64,000 nucleotides of DNA, taken from NCBI RefSeq assembly GCF_018977255.1, contig NW_024704742.1, forward strand, positions 22,756,001 through 22,820,000. The letters are read 5' to 3'. Numbering within the stretch: the first letter of the stretch is position 1; every line of letters starts with the position of its first letter. Both the position numbers and the translations under genes were made by a program. This document shows, piece after piece, positions 13,007-26,102 of the stretch. The notes under the pieces were generated by a model. The model saw only the letters and a list, made by a program, of their open reading frames with translations. It had not been told where the DNA came from and made no database searches. Source of the DNA: Callorhinchus milii. Lineage: Eukaryota.

Positions 13007-13332
13007 TTATAATAATAATAATCCTTGCATTTGATATAGTGCTTTTCACGTCGGGAGGACGTCCCAAAGCGCTTCACAGAACACACTGTAAAGTGAATTG
13101 ACTGTATATTTTTTGTGGGCGAACGCGGCAGCCAATTGCGCACAGCAATGTCCCACAAACGGTCGTAGATTGAAAATGACCAATTTATTATTGTTTTTGG
13201 TTTTGGAGGGATTATTATTAGGCTCTGTGTGGAGTAAGGAAACTTGCCCAAGGTTTCGCCCTGACCTGCCTGGAATTGAACTCAGGTCTCTCGCTTGCAA
13301 AGCGAGTGCTCTAACCACTGAGCTACAGGACT
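13007..13332 (-). mobile_element. tRNA-derived SINE, subfamily A, full length
   Basis: Reverse complement reads gtcctgtagctcagtggttagagcactcgctttgcaagcgag...ggattattatt; about 350 bp downstream of the 145-bp exon. Confidence 0.9.
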
Positions 13333-13681
13333 TATTATTATTATTATTATTTCCAGGACTGTGTGAACTAGTAACTTTCACACAAAACTAGAATATAAAG
13401 TATCACAAACGTGCTACAACAAAACAGTACCAAGTACTTGAGCGTACACACACACACACACAGAAATTGAACTGAACTGAGCATGTTTCAATTTTGTCCA
13501 TCAGAGAGCAAACCTGCTGCGGAACAAGACGGTTCAGTCTCATTTCACCTGAAATCCTTCGAGTTTACTTGCTGCCACATTGACTAAGTACCAGTATTGA
13601 GGCATACTTGGGAATGAAGGATTTTAGTGACAATTTACAAACTGGCAATAACAAATCAAATTACATTGAAAAAAAACTTAC

Positions 13682-13826
13682 TCATCGAATATCAGGTCTG
13701 GTGCAAAGTAAAGCATTGTGCCATTCGTGTGTTTGAACGATCTCCAGCTAAGGCCAAACGACATCAAAGACATCCAAGAGTAACGGAGAAGAACCATTTG
13801 GTCATCAAGGGCCAGATTTCGGAAAC
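13682..13826 (-). CDS. nr3c2: Mineralocorticoid receptor, LBD exon (equivalent to exon 6), 145 bp
   Basis: [54 protein letters not shown] is MR-type. Acceptor tttgtattttatag, donor gtaagt; 145 bp is the usual length of this exon. Confidence 0.96.
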
Positions 13827-16800
13827 CTATAAAATACAAAGTCACAATCATAAAAATGTCAATTTCAAACAATGTACGGCGATTAGTAAAACAATTTCTT
13901 AATAAGGAAACTGAGTGAGTGAAGATTCCCTCCACTAACTGGAAGTATACACAAGGTACCCAAAGAGACAGTGTGATGTGATACCTTATAATAGAATCCT
14001 GATAGAAATTGCTGCATATTAGACCCCATTACTGGCATTTCCTTACATTTTTGTTCAGTGTTTTTTTTACATTATTCCTATTATAGCTCATGGTACTGAG
14101 AAGACAGCTGAGGAAATTTGAAGATAAATGGTCACATTGTGTGAAGTCAAAAAACCTGGGTTATTTCTGGAAAGTTGCTGCAAACAGAAAGTTGACATTT
14201 CATGACATTGGAATCAGCAGTTATAACATTGTTGATGAATTAGCTGACAACTAATTAAAGGTCCAATTGCATAGCACCTAAATTTGGTATAAGTGGCTTG
14301 AATAAAAGGTCATTGTATCTTTGCCTACATAAAAGTCAAGATGGCAATAGGATCCAGGCTCGTGTAGCGACACTGAATTGGTTTGCAAAATGCCAACACA
14401 TTTTGTGTGCTATTTGCTCGCCTTTACGAAAAATTTAACCAACTGTGTCATAAGCCAAATATTTATACGCCCTTGTAAGGTCATGTCCCTCACAATTCTC
14501 CATCCAGACAGAGGGAAGGTTTTAAAGAGTACTACTGTTGATGTTACTCTATTTACAAAAGTTGTTTCTTCTGAATGATGATGAATGATGTCTGCCTTTA
14601 TCGTTGCTGTGTTGCTACACTGAGATACCAGGGCTTTAATGAATAACTGGAAGGTATAAGAACAGAGCGGTTCTGTCTGGGATCTTCAGATAAAAAAGGT
14701 ACATAACCCTTTCAGCACAAGTTCAGTTCTTTAGCAAATAAAGTTTCGCACAGATAGAAAGTACAGCAGAAATTATATCTATTAAGAATAGGCAGAAAGT
14801 GAGGAATTTCAGAATTAAAAGTACTGTTGCCACAGTCAAGGTAGATGTTTACTGTGGGATCTGTAACCTTACAAAATTCAGGAAATGTATAATGTGCCAC
14901 AGTCTATTCTTATCATTCTCAGTCAAAATAGCAATTACAGCTTCTACCTCGTGGGTACGGGAAGAAATCATTGTGTGACATGATTCGGGAAAATAATGAG
15001 ACAGTGAAAGCTCCGAGGGAACTACAAACCTGTTAAACAGGCTAGGAATGGTAAACTTGTGATCAATATTCTAATTGATACATGAGAGAGAATTGATGAT
15101 CAGTACTCTAAATGATACATTAGAGAGAATCAGTTAGCTTAAAATGTATTCCTCAAGAATAGATGCAAATGGTCAAATTTTGGTTTCTGACATGGCAAAC
15201 TACAGTCCTTAGAAGGTTGTCTGGAAGCCCTGGAGAGGTCATGATGAAATGGGTTACAAGTAGGGTAGGGGATTGGTCATTGTATTGTTGAGGACGTTAG
15301 CTATGCCCTGAATAGCATTGTATATACCTCTCTTACCGGAATTCTGCCCTCATATCTATACTGCAGTAGTGAGGAATGGATGCAGGCTGTAGCACTTGAA
15401 ATCCCTTTTCTTTAACATTCGGTCAATACAGAAGATCAAATAAAGCCACCAGAAGAATGCCGAACAAGGAACATTCATTTTGTAAAGCCGTCTTGATTCA
15501 AATTGGTCATTGAATCTATTTCAGCAATCCATTCTTCACATTTTAATAGATCATCTTAAATATTGCTCAAGAATCGATTGATGCACAGCAGTGCACATTT
15601 ACAGGATGAAGCTGCAATTTTATCAAAACTTCAACTTCAAATATTGACACCGTCAGACGCAAAACGAGAGAAACAATCATCTCCCCTTAAAGTAAAAGAA
15701 AGCTTTTCTTTGAAGGAGTTTCAAGGTGAGAGTAAAGAGTTAATCTAGAGCTGAACATGGAATAATGCGATACAAAAGTGAAGTAAATCAAAGTTAAGCA
15801 TATTCTTTTTAAGAGAAACTAGCATCTGGACAGTATTGCTTCCAACCCCTCCACTTTCATTACTGTGGTACAAATAGAAACAGAAAATAGTAGATCATAA
15901 ATGGCCTTGCAGCTCAGCTCACAATTACACTGTGATCTGAGCCAACAGCTGCCACATTAACAAGGACACTGTGAAGCCTGAGAGGTAACATGACAATGGA
16001 AGATGGGGGAAGAAGAGTTGATGGTGCAATGAGCCAAATGAGATCTGAGTGTAATCAAATAGCTACTAACAGCAAATGGCAAAGCAATGGATTGTTCAAT
16101 CCAATGCAATTCCAGTGTTACATAGAAACAGCAGTAGGTCATTCAGCCCCTCAAACCTGTTCTGCCATTCTATAAGATCATCGCTGATCTGTACCTCAAG
16201 TCCAATTACCCACCCTTGCCACGTATCCCTTAATACTCTGACCTAACAAATATCCCAGATATGTGTGCTCCCAGATCTGATGTGATTCAAACGTACAATC
16301 TATAATCTTAATACAAGGCTTTGTCCTGTTCACTGTTCGAAATGGCAGCTGAGTTGATCAGCACGAAGATTGTTCTTCCAAATCACTCAAGCTCCGTTAC
16401 CAGTCACAAAACTCTGCAGTGAATCCTGTGAAACCCTTTGAGACGTCATCCCGACCTGACAGGCATGATACGATGTTGAGAATAAAAAGGTCCCCCTGCA
16501 CTTAGCTTGCTTGAATCCCCAATCAATGGAAAATGGTCAACAAAGCACTGGTTTTCAAATCTGACCACTGGTCTGCACCCAAGCTCCCCTTTGTTGGTAT
16601 CTTGAAAGAACACCAAGTATGAGGCTGGGCTGCAATCAGGGCCAAATGGAGTGGTATCAAGTAGGAAGTTGCTGTCAGATTGGCATTCCATCTAGCTGTA
16701 AAAGGTCTAGGATTCATTGGCTCAGATCAAGCAGATCATATTTAGTGGTGCATTGCACCCAGCCAACATAACTAAACACTAGTTTCCTAAGAGATTGTTG

Positions 16801-18000
16801 CACCACAAGCCAAACAGCAAAAAATGATTCGGCAGATGACAAGAACGGGCCACCAAATGCACACTCTTCCATCATTAGCACGCCCAATTAGAAATGGTCC
16901 TGTCATCAGCTTCTTTGAGCTACAAGTGTGAGATAGACTCGATGTGACATGATTCTCAGACACACTACAATGATACAACATTGGGCAAAAGCCATTCTCT
17001 TGAGAGTGACAGGCATATCATACGTCTCAGTAGATAAGGCAGTTATAGAGCACTGCATCTGCTGAAAGTTAATCTGGAATCCGAGGTCAAATGACAAAGT
17101 TCCATCAAAATGCAACAACATAATCAACTTAATCAAGGTCAGGAATAAAAATGATCCCGCAAAAAGCTCCTGGCATTCATGGCATAGAATCTCAGATTGT
17201 AAAGAGCTGTTCCTGGCTAATCAACCCATGAAATAACAACAACAAGATTACATTTGTATAGCGCCTTTCACGAGAGGACGTCCCAAATAATACCATGGGA
17301 TCTTCACAAATGTTACCCAGCCACCATCGGTAGCTAAGCTTTCCGACAAGATGAGCTGCCCTCAATCCCTCAGCCTTGCCCCCTCCTTCTCCATCTCCAG
17401 ATTGTGCCTGAAGATCTCCCTCTTGGACCGTGCTTATAGTCACCCACCCGCCCCATTCGGCGTCAGGCTCAGCCACTGTCAAGTGCTCTAAGATGCTGCC
17501 CCGTGTGAGGATCCCTGTATAAATGCAAGTTGTTGTTGTACTTTTTGGTACTCCCTCAAAAATCCCTTTGTATTGCACTCCCTTCGAACCGTTTCTAAAA
17601 TCCTACCACACTATAAGTGCAACTTATTGTTGCTGGGAATTCTCTTCAACTACAAATATTGTCTTAGTAATTATTGCCCGTGGTTGCAAAAGAGTGGGAA
17701 TGCTCAAGAAATCTTGGTCCTATTTTTCATCATTGTTAACTGGTAAACTCCTCAGTTATGGGATACTAGTCTATCTGTCATGTCAGGAAAAGTAATCGAA
17801 TATCTTGCCCCATGACTCACAACATCCTGTAGGGCAGTCACTGCATACCAGACAATCTTCTACAATACAGACACGATATAGTTGACTCTCAGTCTGGTAC
17901 AGAGATGAAAGTCTGTTTCGAGGGCTTATATATTATGCGGAGACCTGATGATAGCTGGAGCAGACCAGAAGAGATAAAAGGTTCAAGTATAGAATTGATT

Positions 18001-18245
18001 CAGGGTTGGCAGAGCGAACCCTCTGGGCTAAAGTAACGTGCTGTTTTACCCTTAGTGCAGGGTGGTGCTTAGTGCATCCGGCTACCCTCTCCCTCTCTTT
18101 CATCTGGCCCATTAGCTCCCTCCATAATCCGTAAATGTTACGTTACGTTTCTGGAAGGGAAACACAAAAATATTGTTTACGTGGCCCGTGGACGTTTCTC
18201 AAATAGGGCATCGGCCCTCAGCAGCCAAAAGGTTGGACCACCCTG
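18001..18245 (-). mobile_element. Non-autonomous hAT-like DNA transposon
   Basis: Ends cagggttggc and ggttggaccaccctg; body is the reverse complement of 55710-55923. No clear target-site duplication. Confidence 0.65.
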
Positions 18246-18686
18246 CCTTGTGTTTCTCTGCTCCCATTTGTAACAAGGATCACGTTTCTGAGATGTTGAC
18301 CTTTGTTATCAATAGCTACACCCATTGTTGTTCTCGCTTAAGTATGCCAACCGTCTCTCTAAAAACCCACTGACAACCTTTTTACAAAGCAATTTAAACA
18401 CTCTGGCAAAACATTGCTCGTCTCCCAAGCTTCTCTCCTTGATTATCAGCTCTGTGCTTTTGGATGTGATCCAACCGAAGAATTCCTAACATGGTGGATT
18501 TTGTCCTCAAGGACATTCAGATGGATATTACTGTGTTGACGATACCACAACAGGAGCAAATAAAGCACCAGTGCAATTCGATCAGTAAAAAATAACATAA
18601 ACTCAAAAGATACACAGAAAATATATGGAAAACGCCCACCAGCAAGACACGGACATGATTCGAGTTGGGTTTCCGAGAGCTCCTAC

Positions 18687-19007
18687 CTGGAAGTACTTTT
18701 GCCCATTTCACTATTCGAATCATCTGTTTCTCTGCCAGCCTGTTCAAACTGGACAGCAGATGTGTAGTGTTGTCTGGCACACTGCTGTCGTAGCACGCAT
18801 AAACCACTTCGGGTTCAATCACTTGTAGAACGGTAGTCACTGAGTGGTTGATATGCATTGGCAGGAGTGAGTAATGAGGGATGGCTGCAGTACTGGCCGT
18901 GGGTTCTGGCAAAGGAGCCGTGAAAGTGATGCCTTCCTTGGGGCTGTGTGGTGGCTGCTGATCTTCGTGCACTCCCTTCACCTTTCCCAGTTTCTTGGAT
19001 TTTCGTG
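18687..19007 (-). CDS. nr3c2: Mineralocorticoid receptor, hinge and LBD helices 1-3 exon (equivalent to exon 5), 321 bp
   Basis: [26 protein letters not shown]...[59 protein letters not shown] and WAKVLPG are MR-type rather than GR (ARKTKK, LGGRQ) or PR. Acceptor ttttctgccctag, donor gtagga. Confidence 0.95.
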
Positions 19008-19766
19008 CTAGGGCAGAAAAGGGGAACACAAATCAATTCTCGCCACCTTGTAGGGATGCTAGGCCTGACAGTTCCCGTGCTTGCTAGTTTTGGTGGGAGA
19101 AGCAGGATAAACAGAGATGAATGTCAGGAGACAGCAACAAAGGACAAAACAGAGTGTTTTGCATTCCTAATACACAGAAACCATCCCGTTAAATTCATTT
19201 GAAAAGGGAGGAACAATTCAATTTGCCTTGTTACTACTTTGTTAATTTAAAAAGAATTACATTAAGGAGCAACCTTTACAGCACTGCGAAGACATATTTA
19301 AAGATAAATATTTATTATTAGGTTGGACCTGGTGTTAATGAGTTTAAACAAAGAGAAGATTTCCAAGGAGCAACAAAGCAGTGACACAACTGAATAGCTC
19401 AGAGGAAAATGTTGTCTGAGAGAAATGGGTACAACGGCCATTGGCAGGTATACTCCAATGGAGAGGGCGCCCAGGGCATTCAGAGGGCATAATGGGCTCA
19501 GGAATTGCAATAGATGATACTGATCCACTAACATACAGAAGCAATCATTCAACTCCGCTATCTATGCTCTCCTGTTCAGGTGTCAGGATCTACCTGGCAC
19601 CGACATGATCCATTTTGCCCACCAGTTTCCAGGGCATCACTGCACTTAAGAGCACTTAAGAGCCAGACTATGAACTCATGCACCTCTGGAGCCAACAGCA
19701 CCAGATTGGCCAGATATTCATTATAAAATGGATTTCATCTGCTCTCTACAATAACATTCATCATTT

Positions 19767-19945
19767 AGGAACATAAGAACAGCATGAGGCCATTCAGCCC
19801 TTTGAGCATGTTCAGCCATTTAATTAGATCACAGCTGATCTGTACCTCAACTAATCCTTTCAATTCCAACTTCCCACTTTCTCCCCATATCCCTTAATAC
19901 CCTGACCTCCCACAAATCTAGCAACCTCACTTTTGAAGGTGTGGA
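19767..19945 (-). mobile_element. CR1-type 3' end; others at ~16120-16250(-), ~44345-44590(-), ~52147-52280(-), ~9000-9150(+), ~21690-21775(+), ~42030-42130(+)
   Basis: aggaacataagaac...ggccattcagccc...gctgatctgtacctcaact...ccccatatcccttaatac, the reverse complement of the 56968 element. Confidence 0.7.
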
Positions 19946-20624
19946 TGGATCCAGCAAAGTCTGTTGGACTCTAAAGAACAAATGAACTTCTCTGTGTAAG
20001 TTTCACAAAGCTAGCTGGGTGAATGAAGGCAGGGCCCAGTGCCCACAAAATATTATCTACCAATTAAGGATTTTTCTCTGAAATAATGTGGAAATGTCTG
20101 CACCAAAAAAGTGACAGAATTTGGGATCTATTTTAATTCAAGACATCTTGCATTTTTCCTCAAATTCAGTCAAATTTAATTTGTTTCTTTGCTGGAGAAA
20201 TGAACGAAAGATGGACCCTCTGGTTCCTCCACCTGAAGTTCTTTGAAAGGCTTATTGACTGAAAGGTTAAATTTTACGTCTACTTGAAACTTAAGGGGAC
20301 TCAATTAAAAAACACAGTGCTGCCACATGTCGCTGGATGAACTCAGAAAATCTCCTGTTCTCTACTACAGACAGATATGTTGTATCCCATGTGGCTGAAA
20401 CATCAAGGAAGAAACACAAGTTGAGCACCAGTGTAGATACGCTTGTTTACTTAGTAACACATAGGACTACAACACAAAGTGCAAATGAATGGTCTACTGC
20501 AAGTCTCAGGGTGGGAAGTAGATTAAAAGTCTCAAAATGAAAGAGGCGGTAAATAAATTCCCACTCAAACACAGAATGGCTGCAAAGTAAAGGCAGGATA
20601 TTGATTACTTATATGTTGTTATCA

Positions 20625-21125
20625 ATAACAACAACAACCTGTGTTTATATAGCGCCCTTCACGCGGGATAGCATTGCATAGTGACGGAGTCCGACACCGA
20701 GCCAGGGGAAGAGGTGACCGTAAGCACGATCAAAAAGTAAGGTCTTTAGAAGGGATTTGAAAGTGGGGAGGGAGGGAGCAAGGCGGAGGGATTGAGGGAG
20801 AGAGCTCCAGACTGGTGTGATGGGGGTACAGAGTTCTGTGCGGTTGAGTATCCGGGCAGCGGAGTTTTGAATTAATTGACTTCTGTGTATGGTGGATCTG
20901 AGGAGACCAGCGAGGAGGGCAATGGAATAGTCCAGCTGGGAAGTGACGAGGTGTGGATGAGGGTTTTGGCTGTGCAAGTCATAAGGTACGGACGGAGGCT
21001 TGCAATGTGACAGGCATGGAAAAAAGCGGTCCTGGTCAGGGAACAGAAATGGGGTAGAAAGGAAAGCTGGGGATCGAACCTGATCCCTAAGTTGTGCACA
21101 GGTTTGGTAAGTTTGAGGGAGAGCC
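20625..21125 (-). mobile_element. L2 LINE 3' fragment, internally deleted
   Basis: NLGIRFDPQLSF, SQLDYSIALLAGL..QLIQNSAARIL and FKSLLKTLLF remnants. Confidence 0.85.
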
Positions 21126-23454
21126 TAGCATTTAAAGGAAGTATTTAGAGAGCAATAATGCGATGGACATCATCAATACTGGGAAATCATGGTGCAAACT
21201 GGGTCTTGTACTCCATGGTATCACCAGGAATTTAATATATTAAAAAGTGTCACTTGATGTACGGACTCCAGGAGCATGCCTTGCTAAAGGATCTTAAATT
21301 AGGTTTTCCATTATGCTTCCAATTTTTGTAACACACCGTGAGCTGTCAGGTTGGTATTCATATGTATAGAAATATAGATTCTGCAGGCACTGAAGCAACT
21401 AATCACACTCAGAAAATATACTGTTTGCGCTAACCAAATATGAGTAATCTCTGGAGTGAGCAGTCAAGAAGATATTTTGCTGATCTTTCCTCATGTGATT
21501 AAATATATCTGGCAGGATCTACAATACATTAGAGTTGATGTGTCTGTGAATGGAGTGGGTTTCTTTGGTCAAAATATTTTCTCTTTCAAATGCTTTCTTA
21601 TATTCTCATGCTCTTTGCTGTACTTTTTAAGTTTGGAGAAGGAATTGATTAGGGGTTTGAAGAGAAACATAATACAATCCGCGGAAAGAGCAGAGAATTG
21701 GGAATAGAGTGAACAGTTCCAGGGAGAGGCTTGATGGGCCAAAAAGTCTTTTCTCTACTGCAATTTCTATGAATCTATTTTGATGAATGAAAAGCATAAA
21801 AGTGCAAACTCCAAAACCCAAGCACACAAAGCCAAGCAGTGGAAATGTTGAAGTCAATTGTTGGTAAATTTAATGCTGATTTACTTTCACTTTACGTTCA
21901 GTGAAATTAACGCTAGTTAGCAAATTTCAAAAGCGGTTCAAAATTGCAGTACATTTTGATATCCATAGACTAAAAATATCAGTTGAATCAATTACTGTGA
22001 GGCAAATCACATTGAATTTAGTCACATTGCATGTTTCAAATAATTCTATGGAATGTTTCATTTTTATTTGAACCAGGCATTAATCTAAAAGGACAAACCC
22101 AACTCAATACAATTGAAGTTTTCTTTTTAAATACTTGTGATAATTGGGCAGCCAAAATAAGTCTGCATATCATTCTGTTGTTTTGCGCTGATACTGAGCC
22201 TTTTTGCACTGCATTACAGTAGAATGTTTATCTAAAATTGGTAGGTTTCTGCATGCAACGACAATCCATTACACTTTACAATAAAATGCTGTGAAGTTTT
22301 GAGAGATGTTCTGACAAAGTACTCAGATGTTAGATCAAGTGCAAATCATTATTATTATTATTGATAATAATGATTAATAACAATAAATTGTATACCTTAA
22401 ATCCGGAAGTACCATATTTGTATAAAATACATATTTATATGTTCTGTGTTTCAACTGTCAGAAATAAGTTCACAGAAATTGACACTTACACCCAGAAGGA
22501 ACGTCAGACAATATGTTGAAGGGTTGTTGTTTACATATAAATGGGAACTGAAAGGCTGCCATGGAGATGAAAGGCTAAATAGAAGTTGAAGTGACAAAAA
22601 CAGGCACTTGTATTTTGACAACTAGAAAAGAATGACAGGTAAATTGAAGTTACCTTTTAAGCAGAACACAATGCTACAAATCAGTGTAGCCTTTTGCCTA
22701 CAAAACACACAGTCAACACACTTTACAGTAAATCCTGTAATCATGTGAAGGTCCTTGGGATTTCCTCTTTCCGAGTTTAAGATATGCAATTTATTATTAT
22801 CATTATTATTAATCATTATTTTTACTAATAATAATAATATTAGCGAAAGTAATGATTAATAATAATTAATTGCACTTGATGTGCACTTGTTCATATTGCA
22901 AAGAACTTCACAGGATTTTATTGTAAAGTGTAGTGATTCTACTTTTGACTATTGTGTAGCTCAAATAATGTCACTGTAGCATTTAGAGCTTCACAAAATA
23001 CTGGCGTATGCCCAGCCACAGAAAGGACAACTACTTTGCACAGTGTGGTACTCTACACCTACACTGGTTTCACCTCAGTTACAGGAAAACGTGAACCACC
23101 CACTAAATGCCTAGGGAGGACTAAGGAGCTACGAATGAAATAACCTGCAGTAAACTGCAGCAGAGCTGCTGGTTTTGGTGCACTAGTTTAGTCATCTGTG
23201 CACAACCCAATTACATAATGTTATTGGGGTGTCTTCCTGATCCATCACTGTTAAGCATTGTATTACATGGCATTTTATAGACTTCGGAGGGTTCATGTCT
23301 TGCAGTAGGTGTTTGGATTGTGCTTCTTGCCAAAAAGCTGTCTACAAAGTATCTAATTACCTGCAATTTTGGAGTCTCCCCCCTCTCCCCTTTAATTGTA
23401 TATCAATTTTCACTGAAACATAATCGAAATGCTCAAAAATATTGACACCCAGCT

Positions 23455-24205
23455 GTACCTCTCTGCCTCCACCCTTGACTCCAAGACCACTGCTGTCCTG
23501 ACTGAATGTCTGTCAGACATCAAGTCCTGGATAATAACTAACTTTCTTCAGTTGAAGACCGAGGCTCTCTGATTGGCTCACGTCAGCGCCTCCTCACCTC
23601 AGGCGCTGACAGCATCCCCATCCATAGTTGCATACAACTCCTTGCTTGTCGGTCTCCCCAACTCTTCCCCCCATAGGCTGCAGATCATCCAGAACTCTGC
23701 AGCCTGTGTCCTCTCCCGCACTAGGCTCTGCAGTCCTATCACCTCATCCTTACCCAACTCCATTGGCTTCCCATCACACAGATGGGAAGTTCAAGATCCT
23801 GGTACTCACCTTCAAAGCCCTCCATGGTCTTGCTCCCCCCTACCTCTGTGACCTCCTAACCCCCTACCATCCTGCTCGCTCCCTCCGCTCAGCGGGCTCC
23901 AGCCAGCTTTACGTCCCCCGCCTCGCTCGCCCCACTATTGGCGGGTTGGCCTTCCGCCACTCTGCCCCCACCCTCTGGAACTCCATCCTGCAGTCCCTCC
24001 GCCTCGCCCCCTCCCTTGCCACCTTCAAGACCCATCTCAAGACCCTCCTCTTCAACTGTGCTTTTGATCTCCCTGCTTCCCCCCCGACCTCCACTCTACC
24101 TGACGCCAACCCCCAGCTCGGCTCTGTAACTCTGTCTATCCAGCGCCTTGGGACGTCCTCCCGATGTGAAAGGCGCTATACAAATATAATTTTGTTGTTG
24201 TTGTT
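23455..24205 (+). mobile_element. L2 LINE 3' fragment with degenerate ORF2 remnants
   Basis: NSLLVGLP...LQIIQNSAACVL and FKILVLTFKALHGLAPPYLCDLL...FKTHLKTLLF; hairpin and (TTG)n tail. Frameshifted and internally deleted. Confidence 0.88.
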
Positions 24206-24719
24206 GAGTCGGCATTTTGTTCTGCAATGGTTGAGAAAGCACTGGCATAATTTCACTGAGGGTTTGCACATGAGTATCGATATGGTAAAAAGAGTCATTG
24301 TATTAACAGGAAAACATACAGATGCTGTCAAGTTATTTTTGTAAGGGTAGAATGGAACAAGATTTTAGATAATACCACTTTCATTGTGGGAGTGTGGGCT
24401 AACCAATGTTGTTGACTGTGCCACCCAATCTAAACATCTTCAGATAGGGCAATAAAATGGTTTATTAATAGTGCAGTACTATAAACTGCTGGATGAAACA
24501 GTCTGACTAAATACACATTATGGTTATACACTGCTATTTTAAGAAGGATGGTGAACCTGATGACGCAAAAGGAAATGATTTGATAAAGTGAAAACATATG
24601 CCTCAAAGTGAATGGCTCAACATTGTAAACTGGTGGATCACAATATGTCACCCAACCAGGAAAGCACCAGCAGTTCCCCTTCCGCCTCAGTTTAGTCAAA
24701 GAGGAAAACTTCACGTTAC

Positions 24720-24836
24720 CTCCCAAGTTCATCCCTGCTTTGAGACACTTCCGTAGTCGGCATGCTGGGCAGTTTTTTCTGCGAATCTTGTCAATAATGC
24801 AATCATTCCTTCCAGCGCACAAGTAGTTTTGTTGGC
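24720..24836 (-). CDS. nr3c2: Mineralocorticoid receptor, second zinc-finger exon (equivalent to exon 4), 117 bp
   Basis: [39 protein letters not shown], inside ORF 24430..24867(-). Acceptor acacag, donor gtaacg. Phase 1-1, in frame with the upstream exon; 117 bp is the usual length of this exon in steroid receptors. Confidence 0.96.
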
Positions 24837-25623
24837 CTGTGTTTTTCAAAAAAAAAGAATTGAACAAGTTAACAAAAGTTAAAGCCGCAGAGTGAAATAA
24901 GTTATCCGTATACAGTAGTAAATGTCAATTAAGTGCTGAAAACATTTTGATGATTCTCCACTAGTTTGCTCCATTTGCTTATTGGATTTATAGGCCCTGG
25001 AACTCATCCACATTCATGCAGAAAATATACAGAAGTTCCCATAAACTGCAACTAAATAGAAACACACTCTGAATACTTTATGGGACATTTGTTAATTAAC
25101 ACAAGGAATGAGATAAAAAACAGTGCATATTTCTTCCTAATACTTACATAGCACCAGCGTTCTTTAGTCAAGACTGACTTGAACGGTGTTCCTGCCCCAG
25201 AGGTGCTCCTCCAGGTCAGCTAGAGGTTTGTCGGTGTGAAAAAAACATAGGAAACCGACTTTATATACAGTCGTGGGATTCTTGCTGGAGGCTTGTGAAA
25301 TGTGGTTTAATTCCATATAAGGAGTTTTAATTTGGGGTATAGGAATCCTCAAGTCCAAATTCTTTATTTAGGATTCCAATGATATACGAATAACCTACAC
25401 CATTTTCCTGTGTGTTTTCCATTGGTCAGTCATCAATTTTTCCTTATAGTTTTTATGATTGCTGCTCACTTACGAGTCATTGAGATGATCTGAAGAGTTG
25501 GCCCACATGAAGGAGTTACAATATGAGTGACTGCATCACATCTGGATACTCTCATCTAACATCTCACAGAATTTGATCTCCCAATTCCTAGTCATAACAG
25601 TTCTCAAATTCAAAAGTACAGAG

Positions 25624-25951
25624 ATAATAATAATATAATAATCCTTGCATTTGATATAGCGCTTTTCATGTCGGGAGGACGTCCCAAAGCGCTTCACAAA
25701 ACACACTGTAAAGTGAATTGACTGTATATTTGTGGGCGAACGCGGCAGCCAATTGCGCACAGCAATGTCCCACAAACAGTCGTAGATTGAAAATGACCAA
25801 TTTATTATTGTTTTTGGTTTTGGAGGGATTATTATTAGGCTCTGTGTGGAGTAAGGAAACTTGCCCAAGGTTTCGCCCTGACCTGCCTGGAATTGAACCC
25901 AGGTCTCTCACTTGCAAAGCGAGTGCTCTAACCACTGAGCTACAGGACTCC
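25624..25951 (-). mobile_element. tRNA-derived SINE, subfamily A, full length
   Basis: Near-identical to the 13007 copy; gives the same spurious ORFs (MGKFPYSTQSL...). Confidence 0.9.
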
Positions 25952-26102
25952 ACAAAGAGATTGTATGCAATACTGCATCAAAGGGGAAAAAATGACATAA
26001 TGCAAATTCTTTTTAGTGTACAGAATCTCTTGGAAAACTGATAGAATTTTAAATGTTCATTGCGATGCATGCAGATACCATAGCTGTACGATCAGTCCTA
26101 AA

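Noticed and set aside
12991..13391. Recurrent ORFs MGKFPYSTQSL... and MTVYLWANAAANC... (also near 25536, 31978 and 44731)
   Set aside because: They recur only because near-identical SINE copies are translated; alternative start codons and variable ends, with no sign of a protein family.
1..13681. Expected next LBD exon of nr3c2
   Set aside because: I found no matching minus-strand sequence by eye. It probably lies beyond the left edge; TBLASTN with an MR LBD would settle it.
24430..24719. ORF extensions beyond the exon donors (also 18517-18686)
   Set aside because: Receptor similarity stops exactly at the canonical GT donors; the rest is intron read-through with no evidence of use.
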